Assembly (NCBI GenBank): GCA_964553805.1
Contig: CAZKMS010000008.1
Span: 399-64,398 of the forward strand
Reading direction: 5' to 3'
Source: an uncultured Verrucomicrobiaceae bacterium
GTDB lineage: Bacteria; Verrucomicrobiota; Verrucomicrobiia; Verrucomicrobiales; Verrucomicrobiaceae
DNA length: 64,000 nucleotides
Below are positions 54,193 to 61,476 of this stretch, piece after piece. A program made the translations under genes and the position numbers. Below the pieces are notes generated by a model. It searched no databases and was not told the origin of the DNA. It was given only the letters and a program-made list of their open reading frames with translations. How positions within the stretch are numbered: position 1 is the first letter of the stretch; the number at the start of each line of letters is the position of its first letter.

Positions 54193-54201
54193 GTCCGTTT
54201 C

Positions 54202-54225
54202 GCCCGGTTTTCACCGGGCTTTTTT
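54202..54225 (+). terminator. rho-independent terminator after tRNA-Ala(GGC)
   Basis: gcccgg (54202-54207), loop ttttca, ccgggc (54214-54219), followed by tttttt (54220-54225). Confidence 0.7.
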
Positions 54226-54295
54226 GTGCTTTTGAATCGCTCTGGAACCCTTTTTGCACAAGGTTTTGAACTTCTTTTTTGGGTTTGGTGAATTC

Positions 54296-54364
54296 ATTTG
54301 GACTCAGGTGTAATTTATTTGGACTTTGTGGCTCGGGCCCCCTTTTTGTGGCTAGCTTTGTGGC
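54296..54364 (+). repeat. reiterated short direct repeats (candidate integrase/Xis arm-type binding sites)
   Basis: atttggact at 54296-54304 and 54317-54325 (21-nt period). tttgtggc at 54325-54332, 54345-54352 and 54357-54364. All lie between the att core and the integrase-like start. Confidence 0.45.
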
Positions 54365-55461
54365 ATGGCCTCAGTCTTCCAACGCAGCAGATCGGACGTT
54401 TTGGGTGGCCACATACCGCGTCTGGGACGCGACGGCCGGCAAATGGCGCTGGCGCCAGAAGGGTACGGGCACCACGGACCGGTCGCGCGCGGCAGGCATC
54501 GCGGCCAGGCTGGAGCAGGGCAGCGCCGCCGCTGATCGACGGCGGCGAACTGCGGATTCGCACCCATCGCGAGGTCGGGGCGGCCATCTGCCAAAGTGAT
54601 CTTGAAAACCTGTTTGCGGCCTTGCGGGTAAACGCCGGTGACGGTCGAGGACTGGCTGTCGGGACCGTTGACGGCAGCGCCGATGGCGAGGCTACCGATG
54701 GGTCGCCAGCCGTCCGGGGTGGCGACGGCGGAATCGAGAGGCTGGGCATGGCCTTGAGCCGGCGGCGCTGGCGGCTGATCGGCGTAGGAGTAGCGACCTT
54801 CGTCGGCATCTTGTGCTGCTTCCAGGTCTTCGATTGCCTTTTGGCGGTCGAGGTCGTTTTCAAACTGGTAGTGGAAGTCGATGGGGTAAATCTCGCCGTT
54901 GGCAGTCTCGATGGCATTGGCTGGTTTCACGTCCACCATCTTGATGTCGTGCTCCTGTTTGTCCATCCATGCCCGCAAAGCCTCCTTGGTTGGGTGCTTG
55001 CCGGGAATCCATGGTTGTGAGATGACGATGTGGAGGGCGCCGCTGTCAGGATCGTGAAAGAAGCCCTCCAGCGTGATGTCGTCGTTATACAGAAGGTTGC
55101 TGATGAGATGGTCCGTGAGGTAGGCGTAGGGCGTCGAGGGGGCCATCTGGCCATCTGGTCCGACGGTTTTCAATTGGTTCACGCCGACGGTCTTGACCGC
55201 CCTCGGCGAATGACCGTCTTTGGCCAAAGCGACACGATGCTCTCTGCCGGGTTCGATCTTGTTGGCTTCCATCCAGGCGGCGACTTTCTCGCCATCCATG
55301 ACCAGTCCTGAGCGGTAGGCAAACTCTAGGAGCTTCTGTCTCTGAATTCCGGCGCTGTCTTCTGCTGCGCGCGCGCTTGGTCCAGTGTCACCGGGCCGTG
55401 CTCCGCGAGGTACTGGAGATACGCTCTCTGCCGCGGCCCGGGTGATGTCCTCCCTCCCCAA
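54352..55461 (-). CDS. polyvalent-protein fragment: atypical protein-kinase-like domain plus the N-terminal half of a Hint domain
   Basis: Kinase-like: RAVKTV (beta3 Lys), DVKPANAI (catalytic loop), IYPIDFHY (DFG-like). Hint-like: ATPDGWRPIGSLAIGAAV...VTGVYPQGRKQVFKITLADGR. Beyond ~54533 the frame runs antisense through the integrase remnant to a fortuitous stop. Confidence 0.55.
   Translation of the reverse strand: MGREDITRAAAESVSPVPRGARPGDTGPSARAAEDSAGIQRQKLLEFAYRSGLVMDGEKVAAWMEANKIEPGREHRVALAKDGHSPRAVKTVGVNQLKTVGPDGQMAPSTPYAYLTDHLISNLLYNDDITLEGFFHDPDSGALHIVISQPWIPGKHPTKEALRAWMDKQEHDIKMVDVKPANAIETANGEIYPIDFHYQFENDLDRQKAIEDLEAAQDADEGRYSYADQPPAPPAQGHAQPLDSAVATPDGWRPIGSLAIGAAVNGPDSQSSTVTGVYPQGRKQVFKITLADGRPDLAMGANPQFAAVDQRRRCPAPAWPRCLPRATGPWCPYPSGASAICRPSRPRRGMWPPKTSDLLRWKTEAMPQS
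54360..54533 (+). pseudogene. 5' remnant (~58 codons) of a tyrosine recombinase/integrase gene
   Basis: From GTG 54360: AWPQSSNAADRTFWVATYRVWDATAGKWRWRQKGTGTTDRSRAAGIAARLEQGSAAA. This resembles the arm-binding N-terminus of phage-type integrases (W..Y....GK.R..STGT.D...A......LE). No catalytic domain follows. Confidence 0.5.
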
Positions 55462-58400
55462 AGCTTCGGCTGCCGCTGGTAAAGCTCGGTCAGCTTGCGA
55501 AAAATCTCCTGGGGCGTGCCGCCGTCCTCAACGATGCGCCGCGCGGCGAGGGTGGTGCCGAGTTCAATCGCCTCGTCCATGTCCTTTGGGGTGAAGCCTT
55601 CCGGGTGCAGTTGTTTGCGGTCGCTTGCGGTGATCGTCCCGCCGCCCAAGAGCTTGTCGCGCACTGATTCCGCCACGCGCAAGGTCGCGACGGCGGTATC
55701 ATTTGATACCTCTGCGCTCGTGTTCACCGCCGCGACAGGTTCTGTTGACGTGTCGCCGGTTTCGCTTTCCTGCGACATTGCTGCGCCGTCAATGCTGCCG
55801 TACACCGCGTTCCAGTCCGGGTTTTCCTCCAGGGAGGAATCAAAACCGCTCATCAGCCGCCAGAACGAGCGTGAGTATGGGCGCAGCGCGCCGCCGGGGG
55901 CCAGCTTGTCGAGCCGGCGGGCGAGTTCTTCGGGGGATTTTACACCGATGTCGATGAGGACGCCCGCCGCCTTTAGCATGGCCTCGCGGCGATCTTTAGG
56001 CAGGTCTTGCTGGGTGGGAGCCGGGGCAGAGAATAGACCCCTCAGCCCTCCGTCCTTAACATACGCACGGCCCCAACGTCGAAAGTTTTCCAGTAGTCGG
56101 GATTGTTCTTCGCTCGTTGCTGATACAAGGGACTGGAGGAAAACAATTCGGCGGTTTGTTGTCTCACCCGGTCGCGCTCCTTCAAAATCTCCGCCCTCGG
56201 CCTCTCGTCCCCGCCGTAGCGGTAGCCCATCAGGGCGAAGTCGGCGCGGGTCAGAATTCTCCCCTGCGGCGTCAACTCGCCCGGGGGCATCTCGGAATAC
56301 TCCTGTATCGAAATCGTAGGTGGCATCGGTCGTGTCAGGGTAAAGGTTGCGGGCGGTGCTGAGGAAGGATTCAATCAGCGCCTTGACCTTGTCCTGATAA
56401 TTGCCTGTCCACCGCAGGGGCGCAATGCCTTTTTCCGGTTTGCCGTCCAGTTGCTCTCGCGCCGGCTCGATGTGTCGCGTCGTCCCGTATCGAAGGGCGA
56501 GCGAAAGCATGTGGCTGGTGCGCCTGATAATCGCAGGGTCACTCAGTCCCGCGGGGTCTCCCACGAAGGCCTTGTCCGCATTAAAGGCATAGTTGCCCAC
56601 CGCTGCGTAAATGGCCGCACCACCATCGCCCTCCTCAAGACGGCTGACATCAATCCAAACTTCGTCGCCGGTAGTGTAAACATAGAATTCCTTGCCATTT
56701 GGAGTTTGGAACATCTGCCGCCTGTCCGCCGTGCTTTCATCCCTTTCATCGGGCCTGGTTGCATCCCCAAGGTATCGAGACCCCGGAAACACTTGGGTTA
56801 CGATCTCGCTCAAGGAACTGGTGCCTGTCACTACGGGGAAGCGAAACAATTCGTCGTTCTCCGCGAGCGTGCGCAGAGCCGCCACCACCGGGTCTGGCGC
56901 TGGCGCCGAAAACAGCCCGTCAAACGCCTCGGCCAAAGCCTCGTCGCCAGCGTCGCGTTCCTGGGCCGGTTCTTCAATCAGACGCAGGCGCTCGTTGGGG
57001 ACATGATCCACGCGGCCAATCGGCACGCCTCCGGCGCTGGCAAACTGGTCTGTCTTGATGCGTGATTCGTCGCGCCCCGCCGAAGTCACCGTACCCGTGT
57101 AAGTCCGCCCGCCGCTTGTCCAGGTCACGCGGTCGCCCTCTTTGAGGGCTGGTTGCGCCGTCGTTTCCGCCTCAGTGTCACTTTTCGATGTTGCCTCAAC
57201 CTCTGTATTTACGGGGCTTGGCTCGCTATCCTTGGGCTGTTTTGACGCTTCTGGAGTGACATTCATTTCCTGCGCAGGGACGGAAACGACGCTGGTGATG
57301 TGGCGGGCCTGGATGGTGCCGCCGCGCTTGGTGCCGCTGAATTCGGCGGGATACTGAATGTCTCCGTGCTCGTTTTTGCTGGCGGGACCGGTGATGGTGA
57401 TTTCGCCCTCGCCCCGGTAGGTGTCGCTGCGCACCACGGAGCCGGGGGGCAGGGATTCGATGGCGGGCGTCTCGGTGGGCTGTTGGCTTTCAGTGGCAGG
57501 GCTTTTTGCGGCGGCCTCCGCGTTTTTTTTCGCCCTCGGCTTGGCGGGCTTCTTCGGCGCGTCCGGCTTCACCTGCCCGTTCTCGTAGCCGAACTCTTTC
57601 AACACCGCCTGAATCGCCTCGATCTCGCGCTTCACGATGGGGGTGGCGGCGTCGAACGCCTCGCGCAGCACTTGGATGACGGCCTCCAGATGGCGCAAGA
57701 CGGCCTCGGTGATGGAGCCGGTGGCGCGAAGCTGGTCGAGCATTCGCAACCCCTCCATCGCCTTCTTCCAGTCCGGCATCTGCGCCATCGTGTCTCCGTA
57801 GGCTTCCTCCACACGAGCGCGCATGTCGAAGGGCTGCCAGATGAAGTTGCCTTTGGCATCCACGCCGGCGGCCTCCAGGCGGGCGGCGACGGGGAGCAGC
57901 TCGGCTTGGAAACGCTTCCACCGCCGCCACACGGCGGGGCGGCGCCACCAGGCGGGATAGCCGAAGCCTTTCTTGGCGCGCTCGTGCAGGTTTTGGAACA
58001 GGCCGTTGACGGCGGCGCGGGCCAGCGCCATCTGGCGCTCGGTGTCCAGCCAGATGTTGCGGAAGCCGGGGGCGTAGTGCTCGATGCGGTCGATGTTGCC
58101 GGAGACGAAGTTGGCCCACATCTCGCGGGCGTCCCGCGCCAGGCGCTCGCGCTGGCGCAGGGCGGTGGTCAGCGGGGTGGAGCGCTGGGTGGCGGATGCG
58201 CGCGCCTGCTGGGCGTCCGCCTCGGCGCTGGCGGCGGCGTAGCCGCTCAGGGGGCTGGAGCCGGCGGGACGGGGGGCGTGGAGAGGACCGGGCCGACCCG
58301 GGTCAATGCCGCGCGCTGCTAGGACTTGTGCAGCAGATGGGCGGCGTGTTTCTGAAAATACTCCCGGCTGTGCTGCGCGGAGGCTTTCAAGTCCTGCCTC

Positions 58401-59696
58401 AAAGAGTCGATCTCTTGCGGCGTCAAGGGACCCGGCACGAAGGAGCGTGCGGGCTTCGGACTCGGTGAGGGCGCGGTATTCGCCTCCGTAGAGGTTTTCT
58501 GCTTCGAGGAACTCACGAAGCGGAGTTTCGCCGAATTTCTCCACCAACGCAAGCCGTGTTTGCTCGGAAAGCGCTATGTTGGTGGAAAATTGGGCGTACC
58601 CCATCGTGCTCATGGCGGTCACGCGCCCGCCGCGCGCCTCAATGTAACGGCGCAGCTCGCCGAGGCTGCCGCCGCCCGTCACGATGTCATCCACGAGAAT
58701 GTAATCGCGCCCGGCCTTCACCGGGCCGTCGAATTGCGGGCGGAAGGCCAGCCGGTGCCACGCCCCTTTTCCGGTGCGGCCCACTTTGTTGGCCTGCACG
58801 ATGCCTTCATGGACCTCCAATCCGGTGACGGCTCCGAAGAAAACGGCGAATTTGGCGGGGATTTGGTTTTTCCCCGCCGCTTCCTCGGCGTGGACGGGAA
58901 CCACGATGGCGTTGGGGAACTGCCGCGCCAGGGCGCGCAGTTTGTCCGGTTTGGCAAGGTCCAGCACCAGCCGCGCGGCGGCGTCCTGATCGCCCGCCTT
59001 GGCGGCGGCATGATCGGGATGGCTGGAGACGGCGCTCCCTGTGCTCATGGGGAGGACGTTGGGGAAACCTGCGGGCCAAGCACCGCCGGAAGAGACGCCG
59101 CTCGGAGTGCCCCCCGCCGGCCTCGGCGCGCCCAGCGGCACGCGCCGGCCATCGAGTGGGGCGGCGGCGCGGGGACTTTGCGCCCAGCTTTTGAAGACTT
59201 CCCAGGGCATGGCCTGGATGGAGTGCCCACCCTGCCAGCCGGGTTCGTAGTGGGCGCGATACAGCGCGGCGGCGGCTTCGCGGCTGTCGATGCCCTGGCC
59301 GAAAACGGCCTTATGCTCGTCGAAGCGGCGGCCGTCCGGGGTGGTCTGCTCGACCACATAAACGGTGCCGCGGAAGTCCGGGCGGGTGCCGGGGGCGATG
59401 AACACGTCCACATGGTCGCCGTCCGGTCCCTCGGTGCCGCGCACGTACCCATAGTGCGCGGTCATGTGGGTTTCCCACGGTTTGCCATTGGCAGACGTGC
59501 CGCGGCGGGTGCTGCCGCCGGGGTTCTCGATGCTGATGTCCAGCCCGCCGATGCGGACATGGCCCTTGGCATAATTCCCCGCCTCCTGCTGGGCAGGGGT
59601 GGGGTCCGGCTTGGTGTTCGCGGGTGAGGTGGCGGCTTCCTGCGCGGCGCGGTCAACGGAACCCGCTGGGCGGTGAGACTTTCTATGCTCCACCAC
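55326..59696 (-). CDS. large polyvalent-type protein (pyrophosphatase-like, ComF-like PRTase, helical region, two SH3-like modules, further uncharacterised modules)
   Basis: Track ORF 55326..59795. The first starts inside the element are GTG 59696 and GTG 59693, at or inside the att core. Pyrophosphatase-like: ISIENPGGSTRRG...AHYGYVRGTEGPDGDHVDVFIAPG. PRPP loop: DYILVDDIVTGGGSLGEL. The start and intactness are uncertain. Confidence 0.65.
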   Translation of the reverse strand: MVEHRKSHRPAGSVDRAAQEAATSPANTKPDPTPAQQEAGNYAKGHVRIGGLDISIENPGGSTRRGTSANGKPWETHMTAHYGYVRGTEGPDGDHVDVFIAPGTRPDFRGTVYVVEQTTPDGRRFDEHKAVFGQGIDSREAAAALYRAHYEPGWQGGHSIQAMPWEVFKSWAQSPRAAAPLDGRRVPLGAPRPAGGTPSGVSSGGAWPAGFPNVLPMSTGSAVSSHPDHAAAKAGDQDAAARLVLDLAKPDKLRALARQFPNAIVVPVHAEEAAGKNQIPAKFAVFFGAVTGLEVHEGIVQANKVGRTGKGAWHRLAFRPQFDGPVKAGRDYILVDDIVTGGGSLGELRRYIEARGGRVTAMSTMGYAQFSTNIALSEQTRLALVEKFGETPLREFLEAENLYGGEYRALTESEARTLLRAGSLDAARDRLFEAGLESLRAAQPGVFSETRRPSAAQVLAARGIDPGRPGPLHAPRPAGSSPLSGYAAASAEADAQQARASATQRSTPLTTALRQRERLARDAREMWANFVSGNIDRIEHYAPGFRNIWLDTERQMALARAAVNGLFQNLHERAKKGFGYPAWWRRPAVWRRWKRFQAELLPVAARLEAAGVDAKGNFIWQPFDMRARVEEAYGDTMAQMPDWKKAMEGLRMLDQLRATGSITEAVLRHLEAVIQVLREAFDAATPIVKREIEAIQAVLKEFGYENGQVKPDAPKKPAKPRAKKNAEAAAKSPATESQQPTETPAIESLPPGSVVRSDTYRGEGEITITGPASKNEHGDIQYPAEFSGTKRGGTIQARHITSVVSVPAQEMNVTPEASKQPKDSEPSPVNTEVEATSKSDTEAETTAQPALKEGDRVTWTSGGRTYTGTVTSAGRDESRIKTDQFASAGGVPIGRVDHVPNERLRLIEEPAQERDAGDEALAEAFDGLFSAPAPDPVVAALRTLAENDELFRFPVVTGTSSLSEIVTQVFPGSRYLGDATRPDERDESTADRRQMFQTPNGKEFYVYTTGDEVWIDVSRLEEGDGGAAIYAAVGNYAFNADKAFVGDPAGLSDPAIIRRTSHMLSLALRYGTTRHIEPAREQLDGKPEKGIAPLRWTGNYQDKVKALIESFLSTARNLYPDTTDATYDFDTGVFRDAPGRVDAAGENSDPRRLRPDGLPLRRGREAEGGDFEGARPGETTNRRIVFLQSLVSATSEEQSRLLENFRRWGRAYVKDGGLRGLFSAPAPTQQDLPKDRREAMLKAAGVLIDIGVKSPEELARRLDKLAPGGALRPYSRSFWRLMSGFDSSLEENPDWNAVYGSIDGAAMSQESETGDTSTEPVAAVNTSAEVSNDTAVATLRVAESVRDKLLGGGTITASDRKQLHPEGFTPKDMDEAIELGTTLAARRIVEDGGTPQEIFRKLTELYQRQPKLWGGRTSPGPRQRAYLQYLAEHGPVTLDQARAQQKTAPEFRDRSS
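59683..59695 (+). repeat. att core, distal copy (orphan copy of the tRNA-Ala 3' end)
   Basis: ctatgctccacca with no tRNA body upstream (the preceding 19 nt are unrelated to the T-arm). Confidence 0.7.
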
Positions 59697-59749
59697 ACGA
59701 AGTGGAACTTCCGCTTCCCTCAGCCAGCTTCTCTCCTTATGCTGCGGTG

Positions 59750-61150
59750 ATGAAAATTCGCTTCTGTGGCGCGGCAGGCACCACCACCGGCTCACAGCAC
59801 CTCATTGAAGTCAATGGCCAGCGCATCCTGCTGGATTGTGGTTTGTATCAGGGACGCCGCGTCGATGCCTACGAGCGCAACAGCAAGTTTCCTTTCAACC
59901 CCGCTTCCATCGACTGCGTGGTGCTTTCCCATGCCCACATCGATCACAGCGGCAACCTGCCGCAACTGCACCGCAACGGCTTCAACGGCAACATCTATGC
60001 CACATCCGCCACACGCGATCTCTGCAGCATCATGCTGCCGGACGCGGCCCACATCCATGGCATGGACATCAAGTGGCTCAACAAGCATCGCAAACGCGAC
60101 GACCTGCCGCTGCTCACTCCCGGTTACACCCTCGTCGATGCCGAGAACGTCCTGCGCCAGTTCGTCACCATCAGCTACCACCGGCCGATTTCAATCGCCC
60201 GCGGCGTCACCCTCACCTTCATTGACGCCGGCCACATTCTCGGCTCCGCGCAAGTCGTGCTCGACATCGAGGATGAGGCGGGCAAAAAATCCTGCCGCTT
60301 GCTCTTCTCCGGTGATGTCGGCAGGCCGGGCAACGATCTCCTCGATCAAGCGGAAAGCTGCGCTGAGGTGGACTATGTGATCATGGAAAGCACCTACGGC
60401 GGCCGCAGACATGAGAACGCCGCGCAAACCTCCGATCACATCTGTCATATCATCAATCGGGTGCGCGAACGCGGCGCCCGCTTGATCATCCCCGCCTTTG
60501 CGGTCGAGCGCACCCAGCAACTGCTCTACAAACTGGATCAACTCGTGGCCGAAGGCTGTTTCGAAGCCACGCCAACCTACGTGGACAGCCCGCTCGCCGT
60601 GCGCGCCACCGAGATTTTCCGCCTCCACCTCGAGGACCTGCGCGAAGAGGTGCGCAACGCGGTGTTCATGCGCGACGACCCCTTCGGCTTCGAGGGGCTG
60701 CGGCTGGTGCGCAGCGTGGAGGAATCCAAGTCCCTCAACTTTCTGAACGGCCCCGCCATCATCATTTCCGCCTCCGGCATGGCCGAGTCCGGCCGCATCC
60801 TGCATCACCTGCGCAACAACCTCACCAACCCGGACAACGTGATCCTCTTCGTCGGTTACTGCGCGGAGAACACCCTGGGCTGGAAGCTGCGCTCCGGGCA
60901 TAAACGGGTCGCCATCCTTGGCGATGAATTCGCCGTCAATGCCGAAATCGAGACGCTCGACTCCTTCTCTGGCCACGCCGATCACGACGAGTTGCTGGAC
61001 TACTTTGAGCGCGTCACCGGGCCCAAAAAACGCGTCTTCCTGGTGCATGGCGAACGCGAGCGCAGCGAGGCCCTGGCCGCCGCGCTCACACAGCATTGGC
61101 CGGGCAGGCAAATCGACATCCCGGTCCATCGCCAGGCGTTCGACCTTTAG
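59750..61150 (+). CDS. MBL-fold metallo-hydrolase of the beta-CASP (RNA-metabolising) type
   Basis: MKIRFCGAAGTTTGSQHLIEVNGQRILLDCG...VLSHAHIDHSGNLP (HxHxDH). Later beta-CASP motifs ...ESTYGGR..., ...FSGHADHDEL..., ...VHGE. Confidence 0.85.
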   Translation: MKIRFCGAAGTTTGSQHLIEVNGQRILLDCGLYQGRRVDAYERNSKFPFNPASIDCVVLSHAHIDHSGNLPQLHRNGFNGNIYATSATRDLCSIMLPDAAHIHGMDIKWLNKHRKRDDLPLLTPGYTLVDAENVLRQFVTISYHRPISIARGVTLTFIDAGHILGSAQVVLDIEDEAGKKSCRLLFSGDVGRPGNDLLDQAESCAEVDYVIMESTYGGRRHENAAQTSDHICHIINRVRERGARLIIPAFAVERTQQLLYKLDQLVAEGCFEATPTYVDSPLAVRATEIFRLHLEDLREEVRNAVFMRDDPFGFEGLRLVRSVEESKSLNFLNGPAIIISASGMAESGRILHHLRNNLTNPDNVILFVGYCAENTLGWKLRSGHKRVAILGDEFAVNAEIETLDSFSGHADHDELLDYFERVTGPKKRVFLVHGERERSEALAAALTQHWPGRQIDIPVHRQAFDL

Positions 61151-61476
61151 AGACTGCCGTCACGAGATTGCTTGAAAGATGATCAAGATTCATTAAAGGG
61201 CGCCTCTGGATAGGGATCTTTTTTTGAGAGGGCTTAAGGAGTGAAGAAATCGCCGTTTGACCGTTTCGCCCGGCATGAGACGGCGGGATGGATTCATCTC
61301 AAGGGGCTTGGGGGGCGTTTTGCCATCCTTTGGGCTCTCTTGGGGCTTCTTTGCCTCCCTCAACGGGCCAGGCAGGCATAGCGGTCCACACTCTCTAAGC
61401 CTGGATGAGAACGATCATTGAAACAAGCCACCCGGCGGAGGCGTGATGGTGGTCTCAGGAAAGCTACACCAACCTG

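Larger units (their letters stand above)
54180..59695. mobile_element. decayed integrative element (genomic islet) inserted at the 3' end of tRNA-Ala(GGC)
   Basis: It is bounded by a 13-bp direct repeat, ctatgctccacca, at 54180-54192 and 59683-59695. It has an AT-richer left arm with reiterated motifs, a 5' fragment of a tyrosine-integrase-like gene, and polyvalent-protein-type ORFs. Housekeeping genes lie on both sides. Confidence 0.7.

Noticed and set aside
54298-55020. Plus-strand ORF 54298..55020 and minus-strand ORF 54315..54917 inside the island.
   Set aside because: They overlap the kinase/Hint ORF in other frames and have Arg/Gly/Pro-rich, featureless translations. They are shadow ORFs.
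55326-55461. Possible programmed -1 ribosomal frameshift joining the giant ORF to the kinase-like ORF.
   Set aside because: The downstream ORF is in the -1 frame with a 136-nt overlap. However, I found no X-XXY-YYZ slippery heptamer in the zero frame of the overlap and no obvious downstream structure. An internal deletion or frameshift mutation in a decaying gene explains it better.
57300-59627. Plus-strand ORFs 57300..58322 and 58560..59627 opposite the giant ORF.
   Set aside because: They are antisense to regions with clear PRTase and pyrophosphatase-like motifs. Their composition is low-complexity and Gly/Ala/Arg-rich.
59697-59795. The track start (59795) of the 1489-aa ORF.
   Set aside because: These 33 codons lie outside the att-bounded element and overlap the divergent MBL gene start (59750). 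The open frame here is most likely fortuitous. I end the call at the GTG codons at or inside the att core. The gene may really be 5'-truncated, or may be completed only in a circularised element.
61241-61375. A small ORF in the AT-rich spacer (GTG 61241, KKSPFDRFARHETAGWIHLKGLGGRFAILWALLGLLCLPQRARQA) with one hydrophobic helix, just after an AAGGAG.
   Set aside because: The AAGGAG abuts the GTG with essentially no spacing. The ORF is short and overlaps another equally plausible small frame (ATG 61275). There is no supporting evidence.
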